Counted from the first letter of the stretch, positions 1 to 11,104 are shown. The stretch is 64,000 nucleotides of DNA from a virus (IMGVR_UViG_3300035498_000732:62689-126688), one strand, 5' to 3'. The notes: generated from the letters alone by a model not told the origin. Made by a program: numbers and translations.

Positions 1-2
1 AA

Positions 3-284
3 GATAATGTAAAAGCTAAAGGAATATCCAAGGATACCATCTCTATTATTAAGAATTACTATGATAATGTATTTGGTATGACTAAGGATTTTGTGTCTAC
101 TCGTCTTACTGTAGCAGAATCTGCTTACCGTGACTATATGAAATTATTCAGATGGCATGTTGGTGAGTATAAGGGTACCAAGGATAAGCAAGATTCCTCT
201 GGTGATGTTGTTCAGCCTACCAATAATGGTGGTAAAAACAAAAACGAAGAGGATAATACAATTCCAGTTGAAGATGAGACGTAA
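3..284 (+). CDS. 3' end of a hypothetical protein (truncated by window start)
   Basis: Frame of the 78..284 ORF is open back to position 3; followed by a terminator hairpin. Confidence 0.7.
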   Translation, partial: DNVKAKGISKDTISIIKNYYDNVFGMTKDFVSTRLTVAESAYRDYMKLFRWHVGEYKGTKDKQDSSGDVVQPTNNGGKNKNEEDNTIPVEDET

Positions 285-288
285 TATT

Positions 289-320
289 AAGTCCTAGGGG
301 TGATCCCTAGGACTTTTTTC
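289..320. terminator. Bidirectional intrinsic terminator
   Basis: aagtcctagggg-tgat-ccctaggactt hairpin plus T-tract between convergent genes. Confidence 0.8.
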
Positions 321-323
321 TTT

Positions 324-1508
324 TTATAGATTCTTGAAATCCACCATTAATCTTAGATATAAAGAAACTGTTGGTACAAAGTCTCCATCTTGTACTTGAT
401 ATACTACTTGTTTTCTACTTAATACATATCTTCCGTCATATGCACTATTAGCCTTATAATTGCTAATCATGTATATCTTATTTGGAGTAAAATATCTTCC
501 ATTTACCAGATTTTTGGTTACAGATACAGTAGTATTATACTTCATCATTTTGAATTTAATTCTACTTGTCGAATCTTTAGTACGTACATATGATGTTCTT
601 CCCGTATCACTACTCAAAGTTACATCTACAGTATTACCTTTCTTATCTACTCCAACTACATCAGAGGTTTGCTTTGTCAATTTCTTATCTTTATCAAATG
701 TACTATAATCTGCATCGCAATGCATAATATACATTCCACTACTACCATCAATATATAGTCCAGGAGTTGCAGTATCTGCATCAGTAGTATTATCTATATT
801 AATCTTTACAGTAGAATAATCTCCACTACCATCAGGAACGTACACATCTTTCTCATTCAAAAAATAAGTGCAATTGAAATCATTAAAGAATCTATATCCA
901 TATAGATATATTGGATATAATTCATCTACATATTTTAAGTATTGAGATACTGTAGTAAGCGGAGGCATTATTGTGACTGGTAATTTTCTGGCAGCTATCT
1001 TATTTATACATAACTTGCTAAAGTGTTTTAATCCCAAATATACAAGAGTACTCTTATTTATTTCAGAGTATATATTGTCTTTGAAATTCTTTCTATTCTT
1101 ATTCAATATACCATCATATACTAATCCTATTGTAACCCTGTTATATGCAGATTCACTACCATTACTTTCTGAGGCATCAGCAATCAAATCTTCATCAAAA
1201 TCTACAGAGTTAGGCATAAAGTAAGTAAACTGTTGCTTTATATCTACTACACCACTAGGATTACTTTCATTCATATTATAATTCTTTATCTCAAGATATA
1301 ATTTAGAATTACTATCTTCTGCATGCTTGATCATATTATTATATACGCTAGTCCTAAGATTTGCTGTAAGATATATCAATGGCATATTATTATTGTCATA
1401 ATCATAGTCTAATAAGACATTAGATATAGACTCTGTTTCTATATCTGTTTCACTTCCTTCATATACCCATTTACATGCAATCTTTGCTTTATACTGTACA
1501 TTAACCAT
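324..1508 (-). CDS. Putative virion structural protein (possibly baseplate hub-like)
   Basis: 394 aa with strong RBS (ggaggag); beta-rich; C-terminal FTPNKIY...YDGRYVL resembles hub-type proteins; function inferred. Confidence 0.4.
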   Translation of the reverse strand: MVNVQYKAKIACKWVYEGSETDIETESISNVLLDYDYDNNNMPLIYLTANLRTSVYNNMIKHAEDSNSKLYLEIKNYNMNESNPSGVVDIKQQFTYFMPNSVDFDEDLIADASESNGSESAYNRVTIGLVYDGILNKNRKNFKDNIYSEINKSTLVYLGLKHFSKLCINKIAARKLPVTIMPPLTTVSQYLKYVDELYPIYLYGYRFFNDFNCTYFLNEKDVYVPDGSGDYSTVKINIDNTTDADTATPGLYIDGSSGMYIMHCDADYSTFDKDKKLTKQTSDVVGVDKKGNTVDVTLSSDTGRTSYVRTKDSTSRIKFKMMKYNTTVSVTKNLVNGRYFTPNKIYMISNYKANSAYDGRYVLSRKQVVYQVQDGDFVPTVSLYLRLMVDFKNL

Positions 1509-1562
1509 ATATGCTCCTCCTCTAAATTTTACAAAAAAGAAAGAGGCGCATAGCCTCTCTCT

Positions 1563-2567
1563 TTATCTTAACAGATCATCCAGCATCAAAGGATTGCCAG
1601 AGAAATAATAATTATTGATATGTTTCAGACCCTCAATATCGTACTTCTTAGGAGAAGGATTTTTATTCTCAGCATATTCTGAAGAATTTAAATATAAAGT
1701 CCCTTGCCTAATCAAATCTAATACCATAGATCTTATACTCACTTTATTTCTTTCGACTTCTGATAATGATATATGCTCTCCCAAATTATATGCATGAATA
1801 AATTTCCTATAAGACAAGATCTGAGGTATAGATCTTGCAGGAAATTTAGTATATGCAAATAACTCAGTTGGACCTAATCTGGGACTTGGCCTCTCGAAAT
1901 TTCCAGATGCCAGTCCGCATTCTACTATCAGATTATCCATTATATTAGAACTATTACATATGAAACTACTATCAGTACCTTTGTACTTTCTAGGTCTTAA
2001 CCATGTCACCCTGCATGTTGGATAATTGTATACAGTCATTCCACACATAGGATCCTTTGATAATATTATAGATGGTTTATTACTAAGTGTACAAATAGTG
2101 TCAATTATTGCAACAGCCTCAAATGCTGTATTATAGTAATAAATGTCATCAAAGTATTCAACTAATGACTCCAGTATAGTGAGATTTTCATCAATCCACT
2201 CTGTATTTCCAGAAGCCATTTTGATAACAAAATCACTATTATATTCTGGATAAAATGTTTTATTATCCACAGGTACATTATTAGAATTTACTATATAGAA
2301 AGTAGCATGCACTCCTATATTTCTAAAGTAATTCTTATAAAATGCCACCATGTCCAAAATCAGTGAGCATAATTCATACTCCTGTGGAATAACAAAGTTT
2401 TTGCCTAAGAGACTATTCTTAATAGAGTATAAGTCTATAAAGAAATTAATCTCTGTAGCATTAGAGCCTGCATATGCTTGATGAATCAACTCAGATAATC
2501 TAGTAAGCTTTATAAAATACTTACCTACTATCTGAGACACTTGTGGGTATTCATATTCTTTTCTCAT
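1563..2567 (-). CDS. Putative FEN/PIN-like (T4 RNase H-like) 5'-3' nuclease
   Basis: FFIDLYS, FEAVAII and ILSKD acidic motifs; start moved to MRKEYE just after the upstream stop codon. Confidence 0.45.
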   Translation of the reverse strand: MRKEYEYPQVSQIVGKYFIKLTRLSELIHQAYAGSNATEINFFIDLYSIKNSLLGKNFVIPQEYELCSLILDMVAFYKNYFRNIGVHATFYIVNSNNVPVDNKTFYPEYNSDFVIKMASGNTEWIDENLTILESLVEYFDDIYYYNTAFEAVAIIDTICTLSNKPSIILSKDPMCGMTVYNYPTCRVTWLRPRKYKGTDSSFICNSSNIMDNLIVECGLASGNFERPSPRLGPTELFAYTKFPARSIPQILSYRKFIHAYNLGEHISLSEVERNKVSIRSMVLDLIRQGTLYLNSSEYAENKNPSPKKYDIEGLKHINNYYFSGNPLMLDDLLR

Positions 2568-2568
2568 A

Positions 2569-2970
2569 CTAGTCTCCCAGCAGGATAGATCTAGGATCAA
2601 AGTAATCTCCAGATGGATTATCATCATCAAAGAGAGTACTTACTGAGTCCTTAAAATCATCCCTATCTTTAATTATATTTAATACATCCTTTGTGTTACC
2701 ATATCCTTCCTCTAATAAAACTTTAGTAAGTTCATGAGGACCTTCTTCTGTTAAGAAGCTAAAGCCTTTATCAGCTTGCTCCTTATTATCTCTAATATGC
2801 CATCTACGAAGTTCAAGCTTAGTTTTCCCTTCTTCAGGTTCTTCATCTTGTGGCACACCCCAAGCTACTCTTCTCATAGCCAGGAACGTAGAACCCTTTT
2901 CATCAAATACTTTATCACTGCCTTCTAAAACATGATATTCAAATTTCTTATCAGGATCGAATTTACCCAT
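2569..2970 (-). CDS. PC4/YdbC-like ssDNA-binding protein
   Basis: RRVAWG...KLELRRW...KGFSFLTEE matches the YdbC/PC4 pattern; RBS gaggagg before MGKF. Confidence 0.6.
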   Translation of the reverse strand: MGKFDPDKKFEYHVLEGSDKVFDEKGSTFLAMRRVAWGVPQDEEPEEGKTKLELRRWHIRDNKEQADKGFSFLTEEGPHELTKVLLEEGYGNTKDVLNIIKDRDDFKDSVSTLFDDDNPSGDYFDPRSILLGD

Positions 2971-2983
2971 TATCTTTACCTCC

Positions 2984-3253
2984 TCATACATCTTTACTTT
3001 TTCTTCTATTTACTTTAACAAACTTTTTACGTTCTTTCCTAAACTTAGGAGAATACTTTAACAATATGTCATATACTGCTTCTGTATTCACCTGCTCAGT
3101 GCATACTGGATCGCTTACATAATAATCCTCTCCAAGTAAATAATCCATTAGCATATTTACTGCAACTTGTCCATTCATCGGTGGGCAAAATATATTATTT
3201 GGATCATCATTCTTAATTAACCAATCATAAAATTTGCCTATAGGTGTATCCAT
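2984..3253 (-). CDS. Hypothetical protein
   Basis: 89 aa ORF with RBS aaggag. Confidence 0.7.
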   Translation of the reverse strand: MDTPIGKFYDWLIKNDDPNNIFCPPMNGQVAVNMLMDYLLGEDYYVSDPVCTEQVNTEAVYDILLKYSPKFRKERKKFVKVNRRKSKDV

Positions 3254-3327
3254 ATTATAACTCCTTTTCTTTCATGTTTCAGCGAAATAAAAAAGAGAGG
3301 GCTTACACCCTCTCTTATTTTTTTTTC

Positions 3328-4041
3328 TTATGCCTGAACGCAGTTATACTGGCCAAGACTTACATAACCAACCTCATTGCACAATTCCTGCACAGATGCA
3401 TCGGTCATCATCTCTAACTGAAGAGTCCAGTTGTTCGGTCTAACCATCTGGGTATTTACTACTGGCTGCATAATGATTCCATTATAATAGATCTTAGATC
3501 CATCATCATTCTTAGCTCCGAAGATCAACTCCATGCACTTATTGAAGTCAACTCCATAAATCACACAGTGACCTTCCTGGAACATCCCATTACGCTCATA
3601 CACTTCGCTAGTAACTTTATCCCACTGGATCTTCTTTGTGTCACGTACCTGGAACAGATTCTCGAATACATCAATTGCATCCTGACTGATCTGCCATTTA
3701 CGTCCATTGTTTAATTCAGAATAGATATTCTGAACCCTTTCAGCAATACTGCCAGATCCACGCTTGGATTCAACTGAGTCAAATCCATATGCTACATCTT
3801 CATCATCAGAATGTGGAACCTGATTAAATGAAAATGTTACTGCTAAGCCCTGTCCATTCGGCATAGGCTCAATGTAGCATCCGCGATAATCTGCGAATGC
3901 AGGCTTGATGCGCTCATTCAACATCTTAGCCAAATTGTGTGTTGTGACAACACGGATTGTCTTTGTACCATTGAATGGCTCAAATTCTGTTACATCCAAT
4001 GAATACTTCTCTCTTGTTTCTTTCTTTTCTTTCTCGCTCAT
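3328..4041 (-). CDS. Hypothetical protein (putative early gene)
   Basis: RBS aaggagg before MSEKE; TATATTAT motif upstream; terminator hairpin at 3293-3316. Confidence 0.75.
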   Translation of the reverse strand: MSEKEKKETREKYSLDVTEFEPFNGTKTIRVVTTHNLAKMLNERIKPAFADYRGCYIEPMPNGQGLAVTFSFNQVPHSDDEDVAYGFDSVESKRGSGSIAERVQNIYSELNNGRKWQISQDAIDVFENLFQVRDTKKIQWDKVTSEVYERNGMFQEGHCVIYGVDFNKCMELIFGAKNDDGSKIYYNGIIMQPVVNTQMVRPNNWTLQLEMMTDASVQELCNEVGYVSLGQYNCVQA

Positions 4042-4116
4042 TTTTGGCGCCTCCTTAAATGAATAATTTTTGTATAATAACTGATTCATGTACACTCGTC
4101 AGCTATCATCAAGATT

Positions 4117-4124
4117 ATAATATA
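4117..4124 (-). promoter_or_regulatory. Putative early promoter motif TATATTAT
   Basis: Same octamer in the sense orientation at 5527(-), 19069(+), 27741(-), 42584(-); variants near 31750, 41910 and 58968. Confidence 0.6.
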
Positions 4125-4142
4125 TGCCTATATTTATTTTTG

Positions 4143-5144
4143 CTAGGCATATTTTGATGTATCATGAGCAAGCGCTACACCATTCATTTGATTCATCATC
4201 TTAGCAGCATCTTCACTCTCTACAAATTCTCCCTCTTTCAAATATCCAATAATATACATCTTATTTGATGGAGTTTTCACGATCATATAATCAGATTTAA
4301 TAGAATCTAAATCTATATCTTTCCCATATGGTACTACAATTGTATCAGTTATATTCTCTCTAATTATCATCATAATTGCTAAAGCACAATCTCTATCCAA
4401 TTTAGTCTGCTCTTTATCTGCATATGATAATTCTATAGATAATGGGAATATATTAAAGCACACATTGAAATCGTACATGAAATTATTCTGTACTAATAAT
4501 GTCTTTACATCTGGGCAATATCCAAAGATTAATTTATGGTTAGGATCGTTAATTCTTTTCAATTCTGTTTGCCCTAATCCAAATAAAGCATTATCAAATC
4601 TCTTCAGTTTAGCCATGCTCAATATTGTGTCAAGATCATCATCCATATATACATTTACACCAGTAGAATATTGAACTCCATTACATGCAGTCATTATAGA
4701 GTAATCCATACCTTCAATAATAGTATCAATGGATACACAACATCCAGCATATAATTGCGTTGGATAGGGATTATTATACTCATAAAATATATCATTTACA
4801 TTCTGCCTGCATACACAATATGGAACATTATTACCATTTTCCAAATCAGATCGTCTATGCAATGTAACTATCACATCATCCATAAGAGATCCAGCACCAT
4901 TATCTACAGATACTAATGAGAATATTACTAACCCATCAGCTCTAAGCATTCTATAATTATCAAGAATGTAATTTGGATTTACTTTATCTTCTCTTCCATC
5001 ATCATATTTAATTTTAACGGTCTCTATATTTTGTACTCCTGTGATTCTAATAAGCTCCAATTTATCATCATCAATATATCTATAGAATTTACATCCTATA
5101 AGAGATAATACATCTTTATTTGTTAATGCCTTCTTCATAACCAT
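4143..5144 (-). CDS. Hypothetical protein
   Basis: 333 aa ORF with RBS aggagg. Confidence 0.75.
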   Translation of the reverse strand: MVMKKALTNKDVLSLIGCKFYRYIDDDKLELIRITGVQNIETVKIKYDDGREDKVNPNYILDNYRMLRADGLVIFSLVSVDNGAGSLMDDVIVTLHRRSDLENGNNVPYCVCRQNVNDIFYEYNNPYPTQLYAGCCVSIDTIIEGMDYSIMTACNGVQYSTGVNVYMDDDLDTILSMAKLKRFDNALFGLGQTELKRINDPNHKLIFGYCPDVKTLLVQNNFMYDFNVCFNIFPLSIELSYADKEQTKLDRDCALAIMMIIRENITDTIVVPYGKDIDLDSIKSDYMIVKTPSNKMYIIGYLKEGEFVESEDAAKMMNQMNGVALAHDTSKYA

Positions 5145-5442
5145 TTACCTCCTTTATTAGACTAACTATCTTTTCCCTTATTGCAACGTCTAAATCTTCC
5201 TCGGAAATATCATGTAAAGTTACTATAGTACATATTCCAAGTAATGAATCTGCTATATACTCTATCAGTATCTCCGGAGAATATTCTGTAGTAACTCCAG
5301 AATATCCATTAGCTATTTCTCCAGCTAATCTTGTTAATATATTCATTGCATTCAATACAATTTCTTTTTCTGTTTTATTTTTATCTCTTTCTTTTATAAT
5401 ACCTTTAATCTCTTCAATACTATAATATTTAAATACGTCCAT
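5116..5442 (-). CDS. Hypothetical protein, possibly degenerate MazG-like fold
   Basis: EYIADSLL...ISEEDLDVAIREKI resembles the MazG-like C-terminal helices; catalytic EExxE not evident. Confidence 0.35.
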   Translation of the reverse strand: MDVFKYYSIEEIKGIIKERDKNKTEKEIVLNAMNILTRLAGEIANGYSGVTTEYSPEILIEYIADSLLGICTIVTLHDISEEDLDVAIREKIVSLIKEVNGYEEGINK

Positions 5443-5549
5443 AAAATCATTCTCCTTTCATCTATCTCTCAGTTCCTTTATTAGTGAAAAACTATGAGAG
5501 GCTTGCTCTAAGCCTCCCATACTTGTATAATATACGACCACAAAAAATA

Positions 5550-7166
5550 TTACAAAGCAATTTGCTTTATCAGGCTGCCTAATCCCTTAAGGGTAGACCT
5601 TTTTATTGTTGTAGAGCCATCATAATATTCTGATTCTTTATAGTATTTAGAGAAATTAAAATCAGGATCTGATTTCTGTACCTTCTTCATATACTTAGAG
5701 AAATCATTTAATACTCTAGATCTAAGCTTATAATATTTATCTTTTACTTCTTTAGTATCCTTTTTCTTACAAGCTTGAATCTTATGCTCCAACTTACAAT
5801 TTATCCACCATAGCTTACACAATTCATCTTTAATAGCATCATCATTATCTAAGCTTTTTAATAGAGTATGAATCTCTTGGTATTTAACCTCATAATTCTT
5901 ATATACTTTAATTGTGAGATCGCCATTATCATCAATCTCTATTGGAACAGTATCTTCATGACAAATACTAGAAGCTTTTAATGATTTATCTATTACTTCA
6001 TATATAGCTAATACTACAGGATCATTATACTTCTTCAAAGCAGCTTCATATACAGTAGATGTTGCAGGGATAGCATTCTTCTGTAATCTGTTTACCATAG
6101 CTTGAATCTTCTTTGGTTTATAATCTTTTGCTAATCCTTCATATACTTTATATACTGTAGGATTCTTAACCTGAGATATATTAGCTGGAGTAACAAGATT
6201 ACTAGGCTTATTGGTTATATCAATATTGATAAACTTCAGCATTGAATCTACAAATTGAGAGCAAATCATACTTAAGTCATGATTATTATTTCTTGTTCTA
6301 TTTGCCACTACATTGAATAAATTGCTTACAGAGTAAGTAGCATTTTTCCAATTTGCAATATACCAATCCAGATTACCCCTGAGCTTATCATATTGTCTCT
6401 TTGGTAAGAATACAACTTGTACAAAGATCTTTGCTGCTGGAGAATCTTTTAAGTAACCGGTGATGGATTCAAATGATAATCCACCTCTTGCTTTTGCATT
6501 CATATTATAAGAATATAATCTCTCTAAGCTAGCATCAAATCCAATAGCACTATGAGAATATTCAGATGAAGTTACACTAGTAATCAATTTTCCAAATGTA
6601 GTATAAGTGAATGTGCAAATTAAATATACAGGTTGGAGTAATTCACCTGATTCATTTACTATGCTAATATTCTCTTCACGTATATTAGCAGTAGTCTCAG
6701 TAAGATCAATCATATTGCATGAATGCTCACGCACATAGCTCCAAAGATTTTCTCTAGCAGCTACAAATGATTCTGTAGTTGGCTCTATTCCAGCAGGCCA
6801 TCCTATTTTAAGTAAAGCTTTTTTATTTTCATCAGATTCATTTGCTATATACTTAGCATATGTTTCTCTGACTAATCTTCCATATGAATCTCCAGCACCA
6901 ATCATACAAGTTCTGCTATAATTATCAAGCCATTCTTTCTCATTATCATTCATGTCATCTACTACACCAGTCTGATATATTTCATCTGGATTAAATAATG
7001 GCACATGATTAGGGAGTTCATCTTTAGTCATCGTTATATCATTCTTGACAGCATCTAAGGAAGATTTAAAAACCTCTTCAGCATTTACACTTTCAAGAAT
7101 TGTATTGGAATCTAAATTGCTCTGATATATCTTGAGCAGATTAGACATTGATTTTATTGTATCCAT
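5550..7166 (-). CDS. Protein with permuted papain-like NlpC/P60 (YiiX/YaeF, C92) domain
   Basis: SEYSHSAI (His) precedes MICSQFV (Cys) and VTPANI, the permuted order typical of this family. Confidence 0.7.
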   Translation of the reverse strand: MDTIKSMSNLLKIYQSNLDSNTILESVNAEEVFKSSLDAVKNDITMTKDELPNHVPLFNPDEIYQTGVVDDMNDNEKEWLDNYSRTCMIGAGDSYGRLVRETYAKYIANESDENKKALLKIGWPAGIEPTTESFVAARENLWSYVREHSCNMIDLTETTANIREENISIVNESGELLQPVYLICTFTYTTFGKLITSVTSSEYSHSAIGFDASLERLYSYNMNAKARGGLSFESITGYLKDSPAAKIFVQVVFLPKRQYDKLRGNLDWYIANWKNATYSVSNLFNVVANRTRNNNHDLSMICSQFVDSMLKFINIDITNKPSNLVTPANISQVKNPTVYKVYEGLAKDYKPKKIQAMVNRLQKNAIPATSTVYEAALKKYNDPVVLAIYEVIDKSLKASSICHEDTVPIEIDDNGDLTIKVYKNYEVKYQEIHTLLKSLDNDDAIKDELCKLWWINCKLEHKIQACKKKDTKEVKDKYYKLRSRVLNDFSKYMKKVQKSDPDFNFSKYYKESEYYDGSTTIKRSTLKGLGSLIKQIAL

Positions 7167-7172
7167 TGTCTA

Positions 7173-7373
7173 TCAAGCTCCTTTATTTTTATCTTCATAA
7201 TCCTCTGCATTCTTTCGAATTTGATGGATTATCCAAGCTAAATCTACTAATAGATTTAATCCATATATAGCACCATATATTAATACAAATAATTTGATCA
7301 ATGGTGTTACATATGTAAATACGAGTTCAAATGCTGCAATATATCTTTCAGTAAAGGTCTCCAAAAGTATCAT
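7173..7373 (-). CDS. Small membrane protein
   Basis: 66 aa with one hydrophobic segment; RBS aggagg. Confidence 0.6.
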   Translation of the reverse strand: MILLETFTERYIAAFELVFTYVTPLIKLFVLIYGAIYGLNLLVDLAWIIHQIRKNAEDYEDKNKGA

Positions 7374-7376
7374 ATA

Positions 7377-8615
7377 CTACACCTCCTTTAAGAGATCTAA
7401 TTGCTCTTGTAATTTATCAAGAGTATTCATCTGGTCACCTAACAGCTCTGACTTTACCTCCTTATCTGTTTTATCCATCTCTCCCCATATATCTGTAGCA
7501 GCAGATAATTTAGGATCTACTGCTAATTGAGAGAAACTAACGAAATCATTACCAGTAAATGCTTTATATATTGATTCATTATCAAATATTCCATTGGAGA
7601 ATAATGATTTATCCACACAATTCTTAGATGGATAATATAATGAATAATTGCAATCTTTTAATAAGTCTGAACCATTCTCTACTCCACATTCTGTATAGAT
7701 ATCTTGTAATAAGATATCTTTAGCCACATATAATCTTTCTTCTAAGGTTATATTATTCTGACAATGCACTAGTACTGGTTTATCTTCACAACTTATCGGC
7801 ATCATAGTCTCATTCACCCTGAAAATCTTATTTCCTTTCTCATAAGTATCATCGACTAATTGCATCTTTAACTCAGCAAGTACTTCTAATAATTGGTCGA
7901 ATTGATTATTAGTTACTCTTACATAATTAAATTCGCCATCTTCTTTTATTCTATTTTCTTTAGCAATCTGTTTCTCTCTGTATGATTCCATTGGTCGGTT
8001 ATTTGGGTTATTACCACCATCTTTAATCTCAATAATAAGATTATATGGAATAATCATCATGTCACTTATATAGTGCAAAGTTTGCCCATTATATTCATAT
8101 GGAATAATTGGACCAGGGCACATAATATCATTAGGAGAATAGCCCATTACTCTATCAAGAAACTCTAATATATTTCTCTCGTACTTTCCTGTATAAGTAT
8201 ATCTATGTCCTTTGAAGTTATATGTGCCAGAGATACTTCTATTTGCCAGCATCTTCTCTTGAAATTCTGGATCTGCTGCCAAATTCCAAGTGCCATACTT
8301 AGCCTCTTTTCTAGAGTTTACCATTTCAATATATCTTTCTTTGCACTTAGGATCTTTTGTAAGTCTATCATACCTGCAGGTCTTCTCATTCCAATCAGTT
8401 TCTCTTCCACAACCACATACACAGGTTCCATGGTCTTTCTTATTGATATAATTAAATAATACTCTTGCTGCAGAGTATCCTTGAGGAATCATATCTTGAT
8501 GGTATTTATCAATATGAGCTACAAGATTATCCTTAGTATCATGATTGCCACAATATGGACATTTATACCTTTTCTTGCTTTTAGAAACAGCCTCGTTAAG
8601 AATATATTTTGACAT
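7377..8615 (-). CDS. Zn-finger plus PD-(D/E)xK (TnsA-like) endonuclease
   Basis: CPYC-x12-H-x4-H, CVCGCG and YISD...IIEIKDGG motifs. Confidence 0.65.
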   Translation of the reverse strand: MSKYILNEAVSKSKKRYKCPYCGNHDTKDNLVAHIDKYHQDMIPQGYSAARVLFNYINKKDHGTCVCGCGRETDWNEKTCRYDRLTKDPKCKERYIEMVNSRKEAKYGTWNLAADPEFQEKMLANRSISGTYNFKGHRYTYTGKYERNILEFLDRVMGYSPNDIMCPGPIIPYEYNGQTLHYISDMMIIPYNLIIEIKDGGNNPNNRPMESYREKQIAKENRIKEDGEFNYVRVTNNQFDQLLEVLAELKMQLVDDTYEKGNKIFRVNETMMPISCEDKPVLVHCQNNITLEERLYVAKDILLQDIYTECGVENGSDLLKDCNYSLYYPSKNCVDKSLFSNGIFDNESIYKAFTGNDFVSFSQLAVDPKLSAATDIWGEMDKTDKEVKSELLGDQMNTLDKLQEQLDLLKEV

Positions 8616-8635
8616 ATTTCAGTACCCCCTATAGA

Positions 8636-8649
8636 ATTATCTATAAGTT
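8636..8649 (-). promoter_or_regulatory. Putative late promoter AACT-N6-TAAT
   Basis: aact-tataga-taat; a divergent copy aaca-atccta-taat lies at 8661-8674 (+). Confidence 0.65.
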
Positions 8650-8750
8650 CACTCAGGGTAAACAATCCTATAATTAACACAGGTTTCAGGTAATTACGAA
8701 TATTTTTCTAATAAGCGAAACAAATAATATAATTTAGGAGGGTAAGTACT

Positions 8751-9116
8751 ATGACAGAGTATTTATTATCTACTAATGATTTCGGTGAACCGAAGAAATT
8801 AATTGACAATGCTGCAAGAGGTATTGACATATTAAGATTACTCATTTTAACCCCAGGGCATAATCCATTATTCCCTAAAATGGGATGTGATCTTATTAAA
8901 TATCGTCATATAATGTCAGATGAATTACCTACATTAAAAAGCATTGTAACAAAGCAGATTGATACTTATTTGCCTGAATGCTTAATGGATTCGGTTGAGC
9001 TCGAAATAGTTCAGAACAAGTATATCAATATCATTATCCAATGTAGAGATGGAGTTATATACACATATGACTCTACAGATGATATATCACCAGTGTCATT
9101 GGAAGTGGTATATTAA
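8751..9116 (+). CDS. Baseplate wedge protein, gp25/GPW-like
   Basis: 121 aa; LILTPGHNPLFPKMGCDL matches the gp25-family TxPGxxxxxPxxG motif. Confidence 0.7.
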   Translation: MTEYLLSTNDFGEPKKLIDNAARGIDILRLLILTPGHNPLFPKMGCDLIKYRHIMSDELPTLKSIVTKQIDTYLPECLMDSVELEIVQNKYINIIIQCRDGVIYTYDSTDDISPVSLEVVY

Positions 9117-9133
9117 AGAAGGAGGATTTTATA

Positions 9134-11104
9134 ATGGCAAACATTAATGATCTCAAGACAGGACCAGCAGCCACCAATGCCCCTATTCAGATTACAGATC
9201 CTAATCTTATGGCTAAGAGAAAACCTATTAAGGTGAATTTATCTAGTCTTACAGATGATGAGTCTAATACAGAATCCACAAATACAGTGGCAAAAGAGCC
9301 TACTAGAAGAGAAAGGGTTAATGGAGCTGTAGATCTTGTAGCAGCAAATACAGTATCTGAAGTTACTAGTGATGGCACCAAGATTTTTAAGCCTACAGAT
9401 ATTCCAAAGATCAAAGATCCATATGAGAAAGAACCTGAAGTAATGGAAACACAGGTTAAAAATGAATTGCATGATGTGATTACTCGTAAGCAGGCAGAGG
9501 CTAAAGCTGAACTTGAAGCTCTTATGGCAGAGAGTGAAGTTAATGAGAAGATCGTTAAAGAAAAAGGTATTACATTTGATGAAGATGGTAATGCTATTGC
9601 TGCTGATGGAAAGGCAGCTGAGTTATCAGATGAAGATAATTTAGAGGCTGCATTAGATATTGAACTTGCTCAGATGGGAGTTTCCCATATGAATCCACCT
9701 CATGAGGATGATCATGAATATGAGACTATAGATGATGATGAGTTCAATAATCTTATGAATGATTTTGATCAGGAAAATCCTGGAGAAGAGATCAGCAGAG
9801 CACAAGCTCCAGAGCCAGTAGCTCAGGAAATTCCTCAGAATATAGTAGAGTATCATTACTATCAGGAAGGTGAACTTGAGGCAGAAGATGAGGAAGATTT
9901 GTATGATCCTGCAGAATCAGAATCTCCACAGGAAGATGAGCCGGATGAAATTGAAGATGATGTAGATGGTCTTCTTAAAGAACTTGAAGAAGCTAATAGT
10001 GATGAAGATGATGAAGATCTGGATGAGGAGGAACAGCAGAAAGAGTTTGAGGAGTTTACGCAAGAAGCTTCTAAGATTATGAACTTAGCTCCTCGTAGAT
10101 TAGATATCTCTGGATTTAAAGTAGCAGGCAAGGTATCTGCTACATCAGTATTATCATCTCTTACTTCTGGCAAAGCAATTGATAGTAGTGATTGGGCTTT
10201 GTCCAATTCCAAATTACCAATTACCATGAGCAAATTCAATGGTATTGATTTAAAGAATTTGTCTAATTTTTCTTCTGGTAGAAGAAATAGACAGAATACT
10301 GCAATGGAAAGATATAAGCTACTTTATGATCATGATCTGAATCCATATAAGCCGGATACTGTAGAGGGATGGGCTAAGACTATCTCTTCAGAAGATGAGG
10401 ATGATCTCTTCTTTGCTGTATATGATGCTACATTCCATAATGCAAATCATATTCCATATACTTGCCCAAATGAGAAATGTAATCATGCATGGATATCTGA
10501 GCATATTCCTACATCATCTATGTATAGATTCGTAGATCCTGAATTTGAGAAAGAATTTATGGCTATTAGAGATAAAGGACCAGTGAAAGGACAGCAGAGA
10601 AATATAACAACTAAGATTGTTCCTATTACTGATTCTATTGCTGTAGGAGTAAAGAATCCTGATATCTATGATAGAAGATTTGTATATGGACTTGTAGGCG
10701 GAGAATTCTACACTAAATACAGTGATGTATTGGATATTTACCCATTCATTGACCAGTTCTATAAGATTGATTCTGTAAATCAGAGACTTGAGCAGATTAT
10801 TACAGCTCCTAAGGGTAAAGAAGGAGAGCTTCTTAAGAATATTAAGAATAGAGTAATCATCTATAACCGTATTATCAAGTCATTTGATACAGATGAATAC
10901 AATCTTCTTATTGCAGTATTAGGACAGAGAGATGAGAATGAAGATAAGAAGCGCGTTGAATACTTTATTCCTGCAGCAACTTGTCCTAAATGTGGTAGAG
11001 CAGTTCCAGAACAGATCTTATCTGAGGCTAATGGAACCACTATTGAAACACAGCTTTTTACACGGCGGCCTTTGGCACTCATAGCCAATACATCGACAAC
11101 CTAG
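9134..11104 (+). CDS. Baseplate hub assembly / tail assembly chaperone (T4 gp26-like) with acidic N-terminal extension
   Basis: CPNEKC and CPKC Zn-ribbon motifs; follows the gp25-like gene; long D/E-rich linker. Confidence 0.55.
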   Translation: MANINDLKTGPAATNAPIQITDPNLMAKRKPIKVNLSSLTDDESNTESTNTVAKEPTRRERVNGAVDLVAANTVSEVTSDGTKIFKPTDIPKIKDPYEKEPEVMETQVKNELHDVITRKQAEAKAELEALMAESEVNEKIVKEKGITFDEDGNAIAADGKAAELSDEDNLEAALDIELAQMGVSHMNPPHEDDHEYETIDDDEFNNLMNDFDQENPGEEISRAQAPEPVAQEIPQNIVEYHYYQEGELEAEDEEDLYDPAESESPQEDEPDEIEDDVDGLLKELEEANSDEDDEDLDEEEQQKEFEEFTQEASKIMNLAPRRLDISGFKVAGKVSATSVLSSLTSGKAIDSSDWALSNSKLPITMSKFNGIDLKNLSNFSSGRRNRQNTAMERYKLLYDHDLNPYKPDTVEGWAKTISSEDEDDLFFAVYDATFHNANHIPYTCPNEKCNHAWISEHIPTSSMYRFVDPEFEKEFMAIRDKGPVKGQQRNITTKIVPITDSIAVGVKNPDIYDRRFVYGLVGGEFYTKYSDVLDIYPFIDQFYKIDSVNQRLEQIITAPKGKEGELLKNIKNRVIIYNRIIKSFDTDEYNLLIAVLGQRDENEDKKRVEYFIPAATCPKCGRAVPEQILSEANGTTIETQLFTRRPLALIANTSTT